NCBI RefSeq assembly: GCF_009914755.1
Contig: NC_060926.1
Direction: 5' to 3' (one strand)
DNA length: 64,000 bases
Source: the human T2T-CHM13v2.0 reference genome, Homo sapiens
The position numbers and the translations under genes were made by a program. The notes under the pieces were generated by a model that did not search any database, had not been told where the DNA came from, and saw only the letters and a program-made list of their open reading frames with translations. Positions 13,371 through 30,468 of this stretch are shown in pieces (positions within the stretch are counted from its first letter, which is position 1; the number at the start of each line of letters is the position of its first letter).

Positions 13371-14785
13371 AAGATTTGTGTCTAGGCCCCTGCTTTGTGC
13401 GTGTTCATCTCCAGTTCTTCTAGCAAAAATTGTTTAAAGACTATTATTTCTCTATTGAATTGCCTACCAAATATCAGTTTATTATTTAGAGTGTTTCTAT
13501 TTTTGAGCTATTTTGTTCCATTGGTCTATGTTTCCATTACTTCACCAATACCATGATGTGCTAATTGCAGCAACTTTCATAAACCTTGACATTAGGTATT
13601 ATAGTGCTTCAACTTTGTTCTTTTTCAGGACTAAGTAGTAGAATTTATTCAGGGAAGTGGTTATTGCTGATGGAGAAGGGATACACAAATGACTTCAAAG
13701 TAATGGTAATTTATTATTTATTTAAATTAGGTCATAAATAGGTGTTCTTCATACTTTGTGTATGTTTTATAAGTATTTCTTTGTATATTCTTAGCATTAC
13801 ATAACAACTTAAAAACATTTCAGCTTGAATCCAACTTTATGCATCTATGAACACTTGCAATGCACAAAGGACTCACCAAACCCTTGTGGAAGGAGGAAGC
13901 ATGTGGGATGAAGGCATTTTTTGGCCACTTGTTGACTCTAACAGCACTGAAGTCTCACTAAATGGATAGAGCTCAGAGATGGCTAACAGTTTAAAACAAT
14001 TATATTTAAACAATTATTTCTCTAAATGTTGCATAGGAAAAAATAAATTTGTGTAGGAATGTTGAACAGAAACAGGAAGACTGTCAAGAAGAGTGACAAT
14101 GGCATTTGGTCCTTAATTAAAATTCAATTATCCAAATCTGAATATATTACTTTCCTTTTTCATTGCTAACCATTGCATAGTAAATAACGCCATGCTCTTT
14201 ATCACATATAATATTGTTACTCATAAACACACGTTAAAAATTAATAACATTAAGTGTTTACTATGTTCCAAGTTTCTTTCTAAATGCTGCATGTAGGAGC
14301 TCATTTCATCCTCACAGCAAGCCTATGAAGTATTATCAACATTTAAGCAGTTAGAAAAGTAGGGCAGTTCTTTGAATCCAGGACACTTGTATTCTACTTA
14401 CTAAATGCATTTGATGTTGACAATGATAATACACATTTTATATCCATCTATTATCTAAATACCACTGGCCAATGCTGTGAGGATAAAAGAGTCGATGAAA
14501 CAGACTTTTCACTAAAGCAAATCAAAACTCTAACAGAATGTAATGAAGTAAACCTACATGGACTAACTAGAAAACAATGCAGACAGAAAATTCTACACCC
14601 GTTCTCAGAGATTTATTACTGTGCATAGGTGTTTACAGAATTTAGAAAATGAAACAAAAATGAAACAAAACTGTGGATTTGGGAGGACAGAGAAGATTGA
14701 TCTCTATGAGCTGAAAATTCCTAAAAATCAATAAAGACACTTTAGTTACCTTACTACTATTAAACAAAAAATATGGGAAGTCATT

Positions 14786-15141
14786 GTTTTAGGCTGAGGT
14801 CCTGTACTAAGCCCCAACAGACCAGACCAAATCAGAAAGGAGTCACTCATGCTAAATACCACATTATCAAACAGAAACTTCAAGGAAGCAACTAGATCCC
14901 AAAACAGATCAGTTTGTCACTTCTGCTTTAGCTTTGACAAAAAAGTAACCTGATGTTATCCAATCCATTTTTTTTCTATTGTTTCATTTCTTAGTGTCTA
15001 ACTTATAAAATGCACTCTTCTACTATTGACCAGGGAACACTTTCTTCTTATTTTGTAGAATGGATGCTGCTTCAATCATGAATTTTGAATAAAAGCCACT
15101 TAGCTTTATAACTAAATTTGCTGTAATGTTGTCTTGTGACA
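14786..15141 (+). mobile_element. ERV1 MER4-group solo LTR (MER87/LTR36-like)
   Basis: tg..aggctgaggtcctgtactaagccccaacagaccagaccaaa..ggagtcactcatgctaaa; aataaa near 15088; ends tgtgaca. Confidence 0.6.
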
Positions 15142-15789
15142 TTATCTTGCTTTCACTTTTCTTTGCACACAGTAGGTGTTCAATACATAGCTAAAGAATT
15201 AAAAAACAACACAAAAGAAAAAATAATGGAGGAATTGAATTTTAGTTGGTGCTTAAAAAGAGTGAGCTTTCCTGTGCAGAAGAGAAGATCTAATAAGAGT
15301 AACTGAATGAGAAATATAATGTTGAAACACTGGAATAAAATGTAATGTGTGACCCACATGATCCCTCATACTTTAGAACTTGTTCCTTTGTTAAATATTT
15401 ATCCTCGTCTCACTGTGACACCACAGCTTCTTTAGGACAGGGGCCACATATTTTACTTATTGCAGCACTTCTCATAGTACTCCTTATAAGTTAGAATTCA
15501 ATAAACACTGACTTTCTGGAGACTGAGAATTTCTCTCTCTTTTCTTATTGCCTTTGTTCCTGAGAATTACATTGCCTCACAGAAGACTAACACATGAAAT
15601 CAATTACCTTCTCATTTACATTATTCTATTTATAGTTTTTTTCTAATTTCATGGGACCATACAAAAATTTCTCAAGAAAATCATTCACTTATGAAATACT
15701 AGAAAATTCCTGCATGAAATATTGAAGAGAATAATTTATCATATTTGCAAGTTTTTAAAAAAGTATAGCTGTCATACCCCAAAATAAAA

Positions 15790-16660
15790 GGACCAAGGCT
15801 CTCTAGAGAAGTGGCTCATTCCAGGGCTGGGACAGGCAAAATCCTGGAGTATACTGCAGTGCTAAAAAGTAAAGAAAGGCCAAAAATTAAAAAATGGAAT
15901 ATGCTGAAAGACACAGGAGCCAACCTGAAAAAGTTCCCAATGGCCAAAGGTAGAACCACTTGAATAATAAAATAAATGTTGATAGCTCTGATTTTAACTA
16001 AATATTCATAAATAAGTGAATGAATAAATATGCGAGAAAGGGCAACCCTTAGAGGAGAATTATAATGAAAACATGTAGAACGAATTACAGAAACAGAAAA
16101 TCAGCATTGGAAATCCTCAATGATGATGGCTGCAGGCAAGATCTACCAATGAGTGCCAAAAATAGTGGGTTAAAACTGAATGAGAAACGGGATATTTGCA
16201 CAGACTCAAAGTAGCTCTCTTAAAATATTTATCTTTCTAATTGTAGACAGCAATATTTACCATACAGTGAAGAAACCTGGCAAATACCACTGTAGACAAA
16301 CGATCAAGGTTAATATCACCACTAAGAAAATCATCATGCACTGTCTCATAATGAACTGAAGTCATATCACTTCTGTGCTTTTCTTCCCAATAAGGAGATA
16401 CTGCGCATAGGTGTAGAGTTAATCATGAGAAAATATTAACCAATCCCAAACTGAGGGACATTCTACAATACTAGACCAGTACTCTTCAAAAGTATCAAGA
16501 TTAGGAAAGACAAGGAAAGACTGAGGAACTGTCATAGACTGGAGGAGACTAAGGAGCCACCACACCTAGATGCAATGTGAGATCCTAAATTGGATCCTGA
16601 AATAGGTAAGGAATATCAGTTAAAAAAAAAAAAAGCTGATAAAATCTAAGTCTATAACTT
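15790..16660 (+). mobile_element. L1MC-type 3' end fossil
   Basis: cagtgaagaaacctggcaaataccac..gatcaaggttaatatcacc; cccaaactgagggacattctaca; ggaaagactgaggaactgtc. Confidence 0.75.
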
Positions 16661-16872
16661 CATTTTTTGGTTATTTTTTTAAGGTGATTATTGTTATGCT
16701 GTTTTTTGTACTATAATAATTATTCTGTATATGTCAATTTTGATTTTTTAGTGGATTGGATTTCTCATGAATGGGAAAATAAATCTGTATAATAATACTA
16801 ATTAAGGACTTTCTCACTAATTTCATGTCCTGAGCAAAATTATTTGTGAAAAATATTTTTTCCAGTCTTTTA

Positions 16873-19356
<2,484 letters not shown>

Positions 19357-19549
19357 AAGATTTGCAGCCAGCCGTGTGAACACTCTCAGCAGCTGTTCAA
19401 GTGTTCACGCCTTCTGCGTGCTCAGTCATGTCACAGCATGGGTATGACTCATTCTACCAAGACACTCCTCATACTGGCTATACTCAGATTCCCCTTTATA
19501 AAGCAAATATTCATTTATTTATTTTACAAAACCTGTATTATTCTATATT

Positions 19550-20127
19550 ACAATGCAAAAGGTTGGCCAGGGTTGGAGGTTCTTTTGTCTGCCTTATGAT
19601 TGCTGGGAGGATGTATAATTTCTGTTCAGCCCTCTTAAGTTGGAACAGACCTCTGCAGCAGGAAACAGATTAACAAGAGAAAGACAAGCAAGTTTATTAA
19701 TGTTTGCAGGGCACATCTCATGGGAGAAACTGCTATGAAAAATAACTCAAACCAGTGGTTTTAGAACTTCGGCTTATATAGCATCTTCAACAAAGAACAG
19801 TAATTTTAGAGAAGTGGCAAGACAAAGGAAAGCAGTTTTTAGGCTCACAGAGGTGAGAAACTGTGGGAAGATAAACATATGGGAAGAAGTTAATGGAGTA
19901 ATGTTTGTAGATTCCTCTAGTACCATCTCTGAGCTGATACGAGTTATTTTCTCATCTTAGTACAAGGGAGCCATCCTTCCCACAAGAATTTTTATGGCTT
20001 GCTACATGTAGGAAAGGGCAGGTAAGATAGCTCCTTCTGCAACTGCTATTTTTCCAGTGCCTTCAGTTCAAAATGATCAGTATGCTAAATCAGCATATTT
20101 TGGGGTGGCATGTTCTGGTTTCCTTCA
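19550..20127 (-). mobile_element. ERV1 MER34/MER39-like solo LTR
   Basis: Ends gcatattttggggtggcatgttctggtttccttca, the reverse of the TGAAGGAAACCAGAA..CACCCCAAAATATG start; antisense poly(A) signal tttatt near 19693. Confidence 0.7.
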
Positions 20128-20958
20128 CTATATACTATTTCTCTAGCATCATGTAAATGCTGCAAAATCTGTAAATTACTAAATATACTAAAATATAGTA
20201 CAGAGTAATCAAAATATTGCAATGATTATAGACATTCAGTGATTTATGGCTTTGGAAAATTCCAAAGAAAGGAAAATGAGGAAAAGTCCTAAACAACAAA
20301 ATAGAAAAGCTCTTTCACACACACAGACATACACACACACACGTACACACATTGCACACTTCATGATGTTAAGAATACATTACTGGTATTAATGGATCAT
20401 GTTTATAAAACAAGATAAAATTATGACCTTAATACAACTATTAGGTAAATGAATATATGTCTAAGATTTTATCTAACATATTAATTAGTGACAAAACCGA
20501 TAAGATGCTAAAACCAATTCAAAGGAAAATCCAAAAAAATGTATATGTGTAGGCAATACATACTGTAGTCAATCTAGGCAATCGACAATGTTGACATGAA
20601 TTTACAAATAGATGTTAAACTGATCAATATCCACAGGACAAATTTTATTTGTTTTTATATGGATAAGAAATCATTTGCATTACAATTGGTTTTCAGCACA
20701 GAATTACAAAATATCTTTAAGGCAATGAAAAGTGCAGATAAACAAGAAGGGTATGTTAGATAGGACATCAGTAATCTTTAGGCTCAGTTTCAACATCATT
20801 CACAATATATACTAATACTGGGTACATCAATGAAAATCTTCCTCTACCTTTCACTGACTAGCCCAATTATTCATTCATTTTATAAATAAAATATATTTAT
20901 TAAACTTTTACTACATGTCATGCACTATCCCAAGCTCTAAGCTTATAAAGTTAAATAC

Positions 20959-21776
<818 letters not shown>

Positions 21777-23044
21777 TAAACTACTAAAAGAAAGATCTTC
21801 AGTTTTAGTATATTATATTAAAATAATCACAGTACAGGATGTTTACTTGGGATATTTATTTGCACTAAGACTGTGGAAGCAAAGAAGAAAAGGAATGCCT
21901 AATCTGTTTGTGGGCGTCAAGAGAATATTCCAAAGAGGTCAAAATTTTAATATTGAAATGAAATGGGCTAAAATGAAAAGAATGTCTAAGAAATGCCTGA
22001 GCTTGTTGATATGGAAAGCATTTCAACAGGAAGAAATAGTATGTGCATTGGAAAGGAATTTGGAAAGAGAGTGTTATTTGTTGAAGAGAAGCAGTTTAAC
22101 ATTCTTCAGTTATGAAGTACCAGGAGACAGAATAAACACAGATGTAGAATCTATACTGTGAAGAGCATTGTATAATATAAAAATTAGTTGGATGTAATAT
22201 GTTTTTGGCAATGTGTAAACACAGAAAAATGTTGGTCAGAAAAAAAAGGATTATGTTTTTAGGTGTGAAAGAATTTTCTGGCAAAACATTGTTGAGCCTG
22301 GAGAAGTAAGGCAAGAAGCAAAAAGGGAACAAATTCTTCTTTTAACCCACGATCTTAAAAAATATACAGTAAACCGACACTTTGATTGATTTGATATTGT
22401 TATGTACACAGATTACCTTTACAGAAATACCAAACATTCATAGCTATAAACCTGCTTTGATGGGACCAGAACAATTCTTATGCTCTTATTGTAGATTATG
22501 CCAAGTTGTGGAATTACAATTTGAGATTCTTATATCTCGAAAAATAAATTATATGTGTAATTATCTCACACTTTAGTTGAAATAAATTTACATAGCAAAC
22601 TCAAGAGTTTTGTCATCTAACATAAATCTGATCATAGTTTGTCCCACTTTGAGAAAAAACTGGAACTTTTTACTCCACAACATATTCCTATTTTAAAGCT
22701 GACTGGAACATCAGATTAAAAGCCTTCCTTTACACTGTATGTTTTAACTAAAATTACTAAAACAGGTATTTACATTTTGTGTGTAGAGGAAGATTCCCTA
22801 AAGAATAACAAGTTGGACTGATGGTCTTATGTTTTTCATTGTAGATAATAACCTGAGGTTCAGGTCAAAGCCAAGGTGAAAATCCAGGAAATGTTAGACA
22901 GAGAGGGCAAATTGCATCTTTTACTTACTCATTTTTGAGATAATTTAAAATTTTTTTCCAAAGCATTAATCATTTATTAAGTACTAATTTTTATGCTAAA
23001 TACAGGGGATATATATAAAAAATTAAAATAAAAAAAAACCTTTT

Positions 23045-23353
<309 letters not shown>

Positions 23354-26300
23354 TTAAGGAGTATCTCTGCCCTCATTACATTTACAGTTGTAAGAATCTA
23401 AGTTTAAATATTAAAAATTCAGAGCAGAGACAGATGTTGAGGAAAGGGTGGATAGACAATACAAAGCCTACTTTGCCAAGAGTAGAGAAGTCTGGTAGGG
23501 AATAAACATGGGGGTATTAGAATTGTGGTAACACTCAGAGCACCTAACTCTCTGCCTACTATTCAAAGTTCATAAGATGTCTGTGTTGGTAATCTCCTTA
23601 TTCTTTCAAGCATTTATTTAATCCTTATGTGCCATATGAAAAATGATGCTCAAAACCAATGTAGGGAGAAAGGCAACAACTCTTATAAGAGTTGTAATAT
23701 AATATATAATAATATAAGATCCAACAGTTGTATCCCAGGTCTTCATTCCACTCTCCACTCCCCCATAATAATTTACTTGAGAAGTTGTTTCAGTTCTTTC
23801 TAAATTCTGGTCCCTTGTCTGTCAGTCTATTCTCTAGGTAAAATTCCATGTGTGTGCCACCTCTTAATAAATCCACAATCTAGACACTGGGATCAGCCCT
23901 GAAGCATGGGTTTCAATTCCTCCAATTTCTTCTCCTTGCTCAAATGCCAATTGTGTTTTTCATTTCCAGGCTTTAAACATTGCTGTTTATCCAAAATTTA
24001 TCTTATTCATAAAAAGGACCCTCTACTCAAAATTCTAATCTTTGTTTCTATTTGAACCCACCATTTCATACTGTATTGTTATAACAATATAATAATATTA
24101 ACTATATTACTGCTAAAAATGTATAAGCAATAAAATATTATTTTCTGATGATATATATACTGTCTGCTTAGAATAATTTCTAGTAATTATTCTTTTAGCC
24201 TTTACTACTGTCTAACAGGCTAGATGTAGTTAGAATATAAGGCTTTACCTCTATCAGAAAAATGTTTAAATCTACCCTTCCATTGGGTGATGCAATTTAT
24301 GCAAAGAGGGAGTTTTATGTCAGTGCTTGTCTCTTTTGAGTGAGAATAGAGTCAATATGCAATGAGAGCAAGATGGCAGAATTGAAGGCTCCAACAATCA
24401 TCTCCTCCCATCACTCCCACCCCACGAACACTAGTCTAACAACTGTCTACACAAAAAAACCATCTTCATAAGAACCAAAAATCAGGTGAGCAGTCACAGT
24501 ACCTGGTTTTAACTTTGTATCACTGAAAGAGGCACTGCAAAGGTCAAAAACCAGTCTTGAAGAGCCAAGGCCACCCTTCCCCCACCCACAACAGCAGCAA
24601 CGGGCTTCAGAGAGCATTTCATGTGCTGCGGGAGAGACAGCATAGTAATTGTGAGGCATCACATCAGCGCTGTTCTAGCATAGCAGAAAAGAAATCCAGA
24701 AAAATCTCAGCTGAAGCCCATCCATGGAAGAAGCATTTAAACCAGTCCTAGTCGGAGGAGAATCGCGGATCCCGCTGGCCTGAACTTGAGTTCCCACAAG
24801 CCTCGCCACTGTGGGCTAAGGTGCTGTAAGGCTCTAAATAAACATGAAAGGCAGTCTAGGCCACAAGGACTGCAAGACTTAGGTGAGTCCTAGTGCCAAA
24901 CTGGACCCAGAAGGAGTAGACTAGGGGGCACACGACCTACTGAGGCACCAGCTGGAGCTGCTAAGAGAGCTCTGGCATCGCCACTTCCCTAACTCTAGGC
25001 TGCACAGTTTGCCGCTCTGAAAGAGACCCCTTCCTTTTGCTTGAGGAGGCAAAAGGGAAAAGTGGGGAGGACTTTGTCTTGCATATTGGCTACCAGCTCA
25101 GCCGCGGCAGGACAGGGTATCAATCGGAGACCTGAGGCCCCTGTGCCAGACTCTACCTCCTGAACAACATTTCTAAACATACCCTGGGCCAGAATGGAAC
25201 CTACTGCCTTGAAAGGATGGGCCCAGTCCTGGCAGCATTCATCACCTGCTTTCTGAAGAACCCTTGAACTCTGAAAAACCAGCAGGGATATGCAGGTACT
25301 ACATTGAGAGCTTTCCGTGAGAGTCTGAGACTTGCTGGTGTCAGGTGAGACTCAGTACATTCCTAGCTGTGGTGGCTATGGGGCAAGACTCCTGCCTGAG
25401 AAAAGCAGGAGGAGAAATAAAAGGGACTTTATCTTGCATCTTAGGTACTAGTTTGGCCAATGGGGGATAGAGCACCAAGTGAGCTCTTGGGGTCCCCGAT
25501 TCCAGGACTTGGATCTTGGAAGGCATTTCTTTTTTAAAAGTTTTTTATTTAAAATTTTTTGTGGGTACATAGTAGGTGTATATATATTTACAGGGTACAT
25601 AAGATGTTTTGACACAGCCAGGCAGTGTGAAATAAGCACATCATGGAGAAGAGGGTAACTATCCCCTCAAGCATTTAGCCCTTGAGTTACAAATAATCCA
25701 ATTACAGTATTTATTTTAAAATATACAATAAAATTATTATTCACTATAGTTACCCTATTGTGCTATCAAATAGTAGGTCTTACTAATTATTTCTATTTTT
25801 TCTACCTGTTAATCATTCTCACCTTCCCCAAAATCTCCCACTACACTTCCTAGCCTTCGGTAAGCATTCTTATACACTCTATGTCCATGAGTTCAATTAA
25901 TTTGATTTTGACATCCCACAGATAAGTGAGAATATGTGATGTTTGACTTTCAGTGCCTGGCTTAGTTCACTTAACATAACGATTTCTAGTTCCATCCTCG
26001 TTGTTGCAAATGACTGCATCTCATTCTCTTTTATGACTGAATAGTACTCTATTAAATATATGTACAACATTTTTGTATCCATTCATCTGTTCATGGACAC
26101 TTAGGTTGCTTCCCAATCTTACAGCCTGTTAAAAGTGCAGCATCAAAAATAGGAGTGCAGATTTCTCTTTGATATACTGATTTCATTTCTTCTGGATATA
26201 TACTCAGCAGTGAGATTGCTAGATCATATGTAGCTCAATTTTTAGTATTTTGAGGAACCTGCAAACTGTTCTTCATAGTGTTTATACTAATTTACATTCC

Positions 26301-27615
26301 CACCAACAGTATTTCTTTTTCTCCACATCCTCTCCACATCCTCACCAGCATTTGGTATTGCCCGTCTTTTGAATAAAAGCCATTTTATCTGAAGTGAGAC
26401 AATATATCATTGTAGTTTTGAATTGCATTTCTCTGGTTATCAATAATATTGAGCACCTTTTCGTATGTCTGCCATTTGTACATTATCTTTTGAGAAATGT
26501 CCCTTCAAATCTTTTGCCCATTTTTAATCAGATTATTGGATTTTTTTTCCCTATAGAGTTGTTTGAGCTCCTTATATATTCTGGTTATTAGTCCCTTGTC
26601 AGAGGGGTTGTTTGCAAATATTGTCTCCCATTGTCAGGGTTCTCTCTTCACTTTGTTGATTGTATCCTTTGGTGTTCAGAAGCTTTTTAACTTGATGTGA
26701 TCCTGTTTGTCCCTGTTTACTTTGTTTGCCTGTGCTTGTAGTGTACTGCTTAAGAAGTCTTTGCCCTGACCAATGTCCTGGTAATTTCCCCCAATTTTTT
26801 GTTGTAGTAGTTTCATAGGCTGAGGTCTTAGATTTAAGCCTTTAATCCATTTTGATTTGATTTTTGTATATTGTGAAAGATAGGGTTCTACTTTCATTCT
26901 TTTGCATATGGATATCAGCTTTTTCTAGCATCATTTATTGAAGAAACTGTCTTTTCCCCAATGTATGTTCTTGGCACCTTTGTCAAAAATGAGTTCACTC
27001 TAGGTGTGTGAATTTGTTTCTGGGTTCTCTATTCTGTCCCATTGGTCTGTGTGTCTTTTTTTTTTATGTCGGTACCATGTTGTTTTGGTTACTACGGCTC
27101 TGTAGTATAATTTGAAGTCAGGTAATGTGATTACTCCAGTTTTCTTCTTTTTTGCTTAGGATAGCTTTGGCTCTTCTGGGTCTTGTGTGATTCTATGTAA
27201 GTTTTAGGATTGTTTTTCTATTTATGTAAATAATGCCATTGGTATTTTCATAGACATTGCATTGAATCTGTAGATTGCTTTAGGGAGTATGAAGATTTTA
27301 AAAATACTAATTTTTCCAATCCATAAACATGGAATATTTTTCTATTTTTTGGTGTCCTCTTCAATTTTCTTTATCAGTGTTTTATAGTTTTCATTATAGA
27401 GATCTCTCACTTCTTTGTTAATTTTTAGGTAATTTTATGTGTGGCTATTGTAAATGGGATTACTTTTTATTTCTTTTTCACACTGTTCACTGTTGGTCTA
27501 TAGAAATGCTACTCACTTTTGTATGTTCAGTTTATATCCTGTAACTGTACTGAATTTATCAGTTCTAATACATTTCTTGTGGAGTCTTTAGGTTTCTCCA
27601 AATATAAAATCACAC

Positions 27616-28584
27616 TGATAGGGGGTAGAGAAATTCTAGGCAGAAAAGGGCGGGTCCCTGGTGAAGCCTGACCTTCAAGCCAAAAAGCCTAAAACCCATG
27701 GCCCAAAGTGAGAATTTCTATCCCTGTTTTCCAGCTCAAATGTTGCCTTTTCCTAAACCACCCATGGCCCTGCCTCACCTCATCCTGTGTCTATAAATAC
27801 CCTAGACTCAGCCAGCAGAAGGAAGAAGCAGCTGGACATCAGTGACTATGGCTGGATGTCAGAGAGAAGCAGCTGGACTTGAGAGCTACAGCTTGATGGC
27901 ATAACTTCAGGGAAAAATCCGGCCGGAGATGGTCAGTCTTCAGAGGAAGATTGCCTACCCCCTCCCCGTCACCTTTTCAGCTCCCCTTCCCACTGAGATC
28001 CACTTTCATTGGCAATAAAATCCCCCACATTTACAATCCTTCAATTTGTTTGTGCAACCTCATTTCCCCTGGATGCTGGACAAGAGCTCAGGAGCCAGGA
28101 GCACAGATACAACAGGCTGTCACACTAGCCCTTTGCTCTCAATGGCAGAGGCCAGTTGACTCAACAAAAGGGCAGAGGACCCACTGAGCTGTAAACAATT
28201 AAGCCGTCTGCAGATGACAAAGCTAAAGGAGCATTGTAACATGGTCCCTGGGGCTTTGGGAGTCACAAGCACCCCGCCTGGATGCTGCTGGAAGGCCTGC
28301 ATAGAGTTTGCTCCTGATGGCAACCAAAAGTGCTTGCTCTGGCTCCTGCACCTGCTCACCTGCATGCTCCCTCCTGTGAGGGGTGAAACGCAGTAGGTCC
28401 AAGTGAATGGAGTTTGATCCCACTGGCACCAAGGCAGCAGGCTGATTCCAGCACTGATGCACTCGTATTCCAGTTTTGCCCACTCATGTGCTCCCTCCGA
28501 GAAGGAGATGAGTGTGGCAGGCTGAGTAAACAAGGCACCTCTCTTACAAGTCCTGCAAAAACATCAGGGAAATATCCTGCTTCA
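27616..28584 (+). mobile_element. ERV1 solo LTR (LTR1/LTR27/LTR28/MER52 group) inserted in the antisense L1
   Basis: tgatagggggtagagaaattctaggcag...cctgcttca; TATAAA near 27792, aataaa near 28014; interrupts L1 close to the FADD motif. Confidence 0.88.
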
Positions 28585-30167
28585 ATATCATCTGCAAACA
28601 AGAATAATTTAACTTATTTCTTTTCAGTCTGGATGCCCTTTATATCTTTCTCTTGTCTAATTGCTCTAGCTAGGACTTGCAGTACCATGATGAATATCAG
28701 TGGTGACAGTGGGCATCTGTGTCATATTCCAGATCTTAGAGGAAAGGCTATCAGTTGCTCCCTAGTCACTATGATACTAGCTGTGGGTCTGTCATGCACA
28801 GCTTTTATATGTTCATGTATGTTCCTTCTATACACAGTTTTTTGAGAGGTTGTCTTATGAAGAGATGTTGAATTTAATCCAATGCTTTTCAAGTATCAGT
28901 TGAAATGATCACATGGTTCTTATCCTTCGTTCTGTTGATATGATGTATCACATTGATTGATTTTCATATGTTGAACTATCCTTGCATCCCAAAGATAAAT
29001 CCAACTAGGTCACAATGAATGATCTTTCTAATGTACTGCTGAATTTAATATGCTAGTATTCTGTTGAGGACTTTTGTATCAATATTCATCAGAGATATTG
29101 GCTTGTAGTTTTTTATTTCATATGTCTTTGGTCTTGGTATCAGGGTAATAATGGCCTCATGGAATGAGTTTTGAAGTATTTCCTCCTCCTCTATTTTTCT
29201 GAATAGTTTGAATAGGATTGGTATTACTTTTCTGTAAATGTCTGGCAGAATTCAGCGGTGAAGCCATCAGGTCCTAGGTTTTTCTTTACTGGCAGATTTT
29301 TTTATTATGGCTTCGATCTCGCTACTTGTTATTGGTCTGTCCAGGATTTAGCTTCCTTCCTGGTTCAATCTTGATAGATTGTATGTATCTAGAAATTTGT
29401 TCATTTCTTTTGGATTTTCCAACTAATTGGCATATAGTTGCTCACTAATGATCCTTTGAATTTCTGCAGTATTATAGTAATGTCTCCTTTCGCATTTCTG
29501 ATTTTATTTATTTGGATCTTCTTTTTTTCTTAGTTTGTCTGGCTAAAACTTTGTCAATTTTTATTTCAAAAACCATGTTTTTGTTTAATTTATATTTTGT
29601 GCGATGTTCATTTCAATTTTATTTCTTTTCCAATCTTTATTATTCCTTTTCTCCTACTAAATTTGGGGTTGATTTGCTCTTGCTTTTCTAGTTCTTTAAG
29701 ATATATTATTAGATTGTTTATTTGAAGTTTATTCCCCTTATTGAGGTAAACACTTATAAATTTCCCTCTTATAAATAAAAGCATCCTAAGAGGGATGCTT
29801 TTGCTGTATCACATAGGGTTTGGTATGCTGTGTTTCCACTTTTATTTGTTTCACAAAATGTTTAAGTTTCCTTTTTAATTTCTTCATTGACCCACTGGTT
29901 ACTCAGGATCATATTGATTAATTTCCATATATTTGTACAGTTTCCAAAATTCTACTTGTCATTAATTTCTAGATTTATTCTATTGTGGTCAGGGAAAATG
30001 ACTGATATAATTTCAATGTTTTGAATGTTTTAAGATTTGTTTTGTGACCTAACATATGTTCTATCCTTGAGAATAAATGTGCTGAGAAAAAGAATGTGTA
30101 TTCTGCAGGTCTTAGATGAAATGTTCTGTAAGTATCTATTGGGTCCATTTGGTCTATAGTGCAGGGG

Positions 30168-30468
30168 TTTTTGTTGTTTGTTTTGAGATGGAGTCTTGCT
30201 CTGTCATCCAGGCTGGAGTGCAGTGACATGATCTCGGCTCACTGCAACCTTTGTCCCTTGGGTTCAAGTGATTCTCCTGCCTCAGCCTCCTGAGTAGCTG
30301 AGATTACAGGCGCACACCACCATGCCTGGATACCTTTTTTTTTTTTTTAGTAGAGACGAGCTTTTACCACGTTGGCCAAGTTGCTCTTGAACTCCTGGCC
30401 TCATGTGATCCACCCACCTCAACCTCCCAAAGTGCTGGGATTACAGGTGTGAGCCACCACACCTGGCC
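30168..30468 (-). mobile_element. AluS SINE
   Basis: Dimeric Alu inside L1; flanking atagtgca repeats. Confidence 0.93.
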
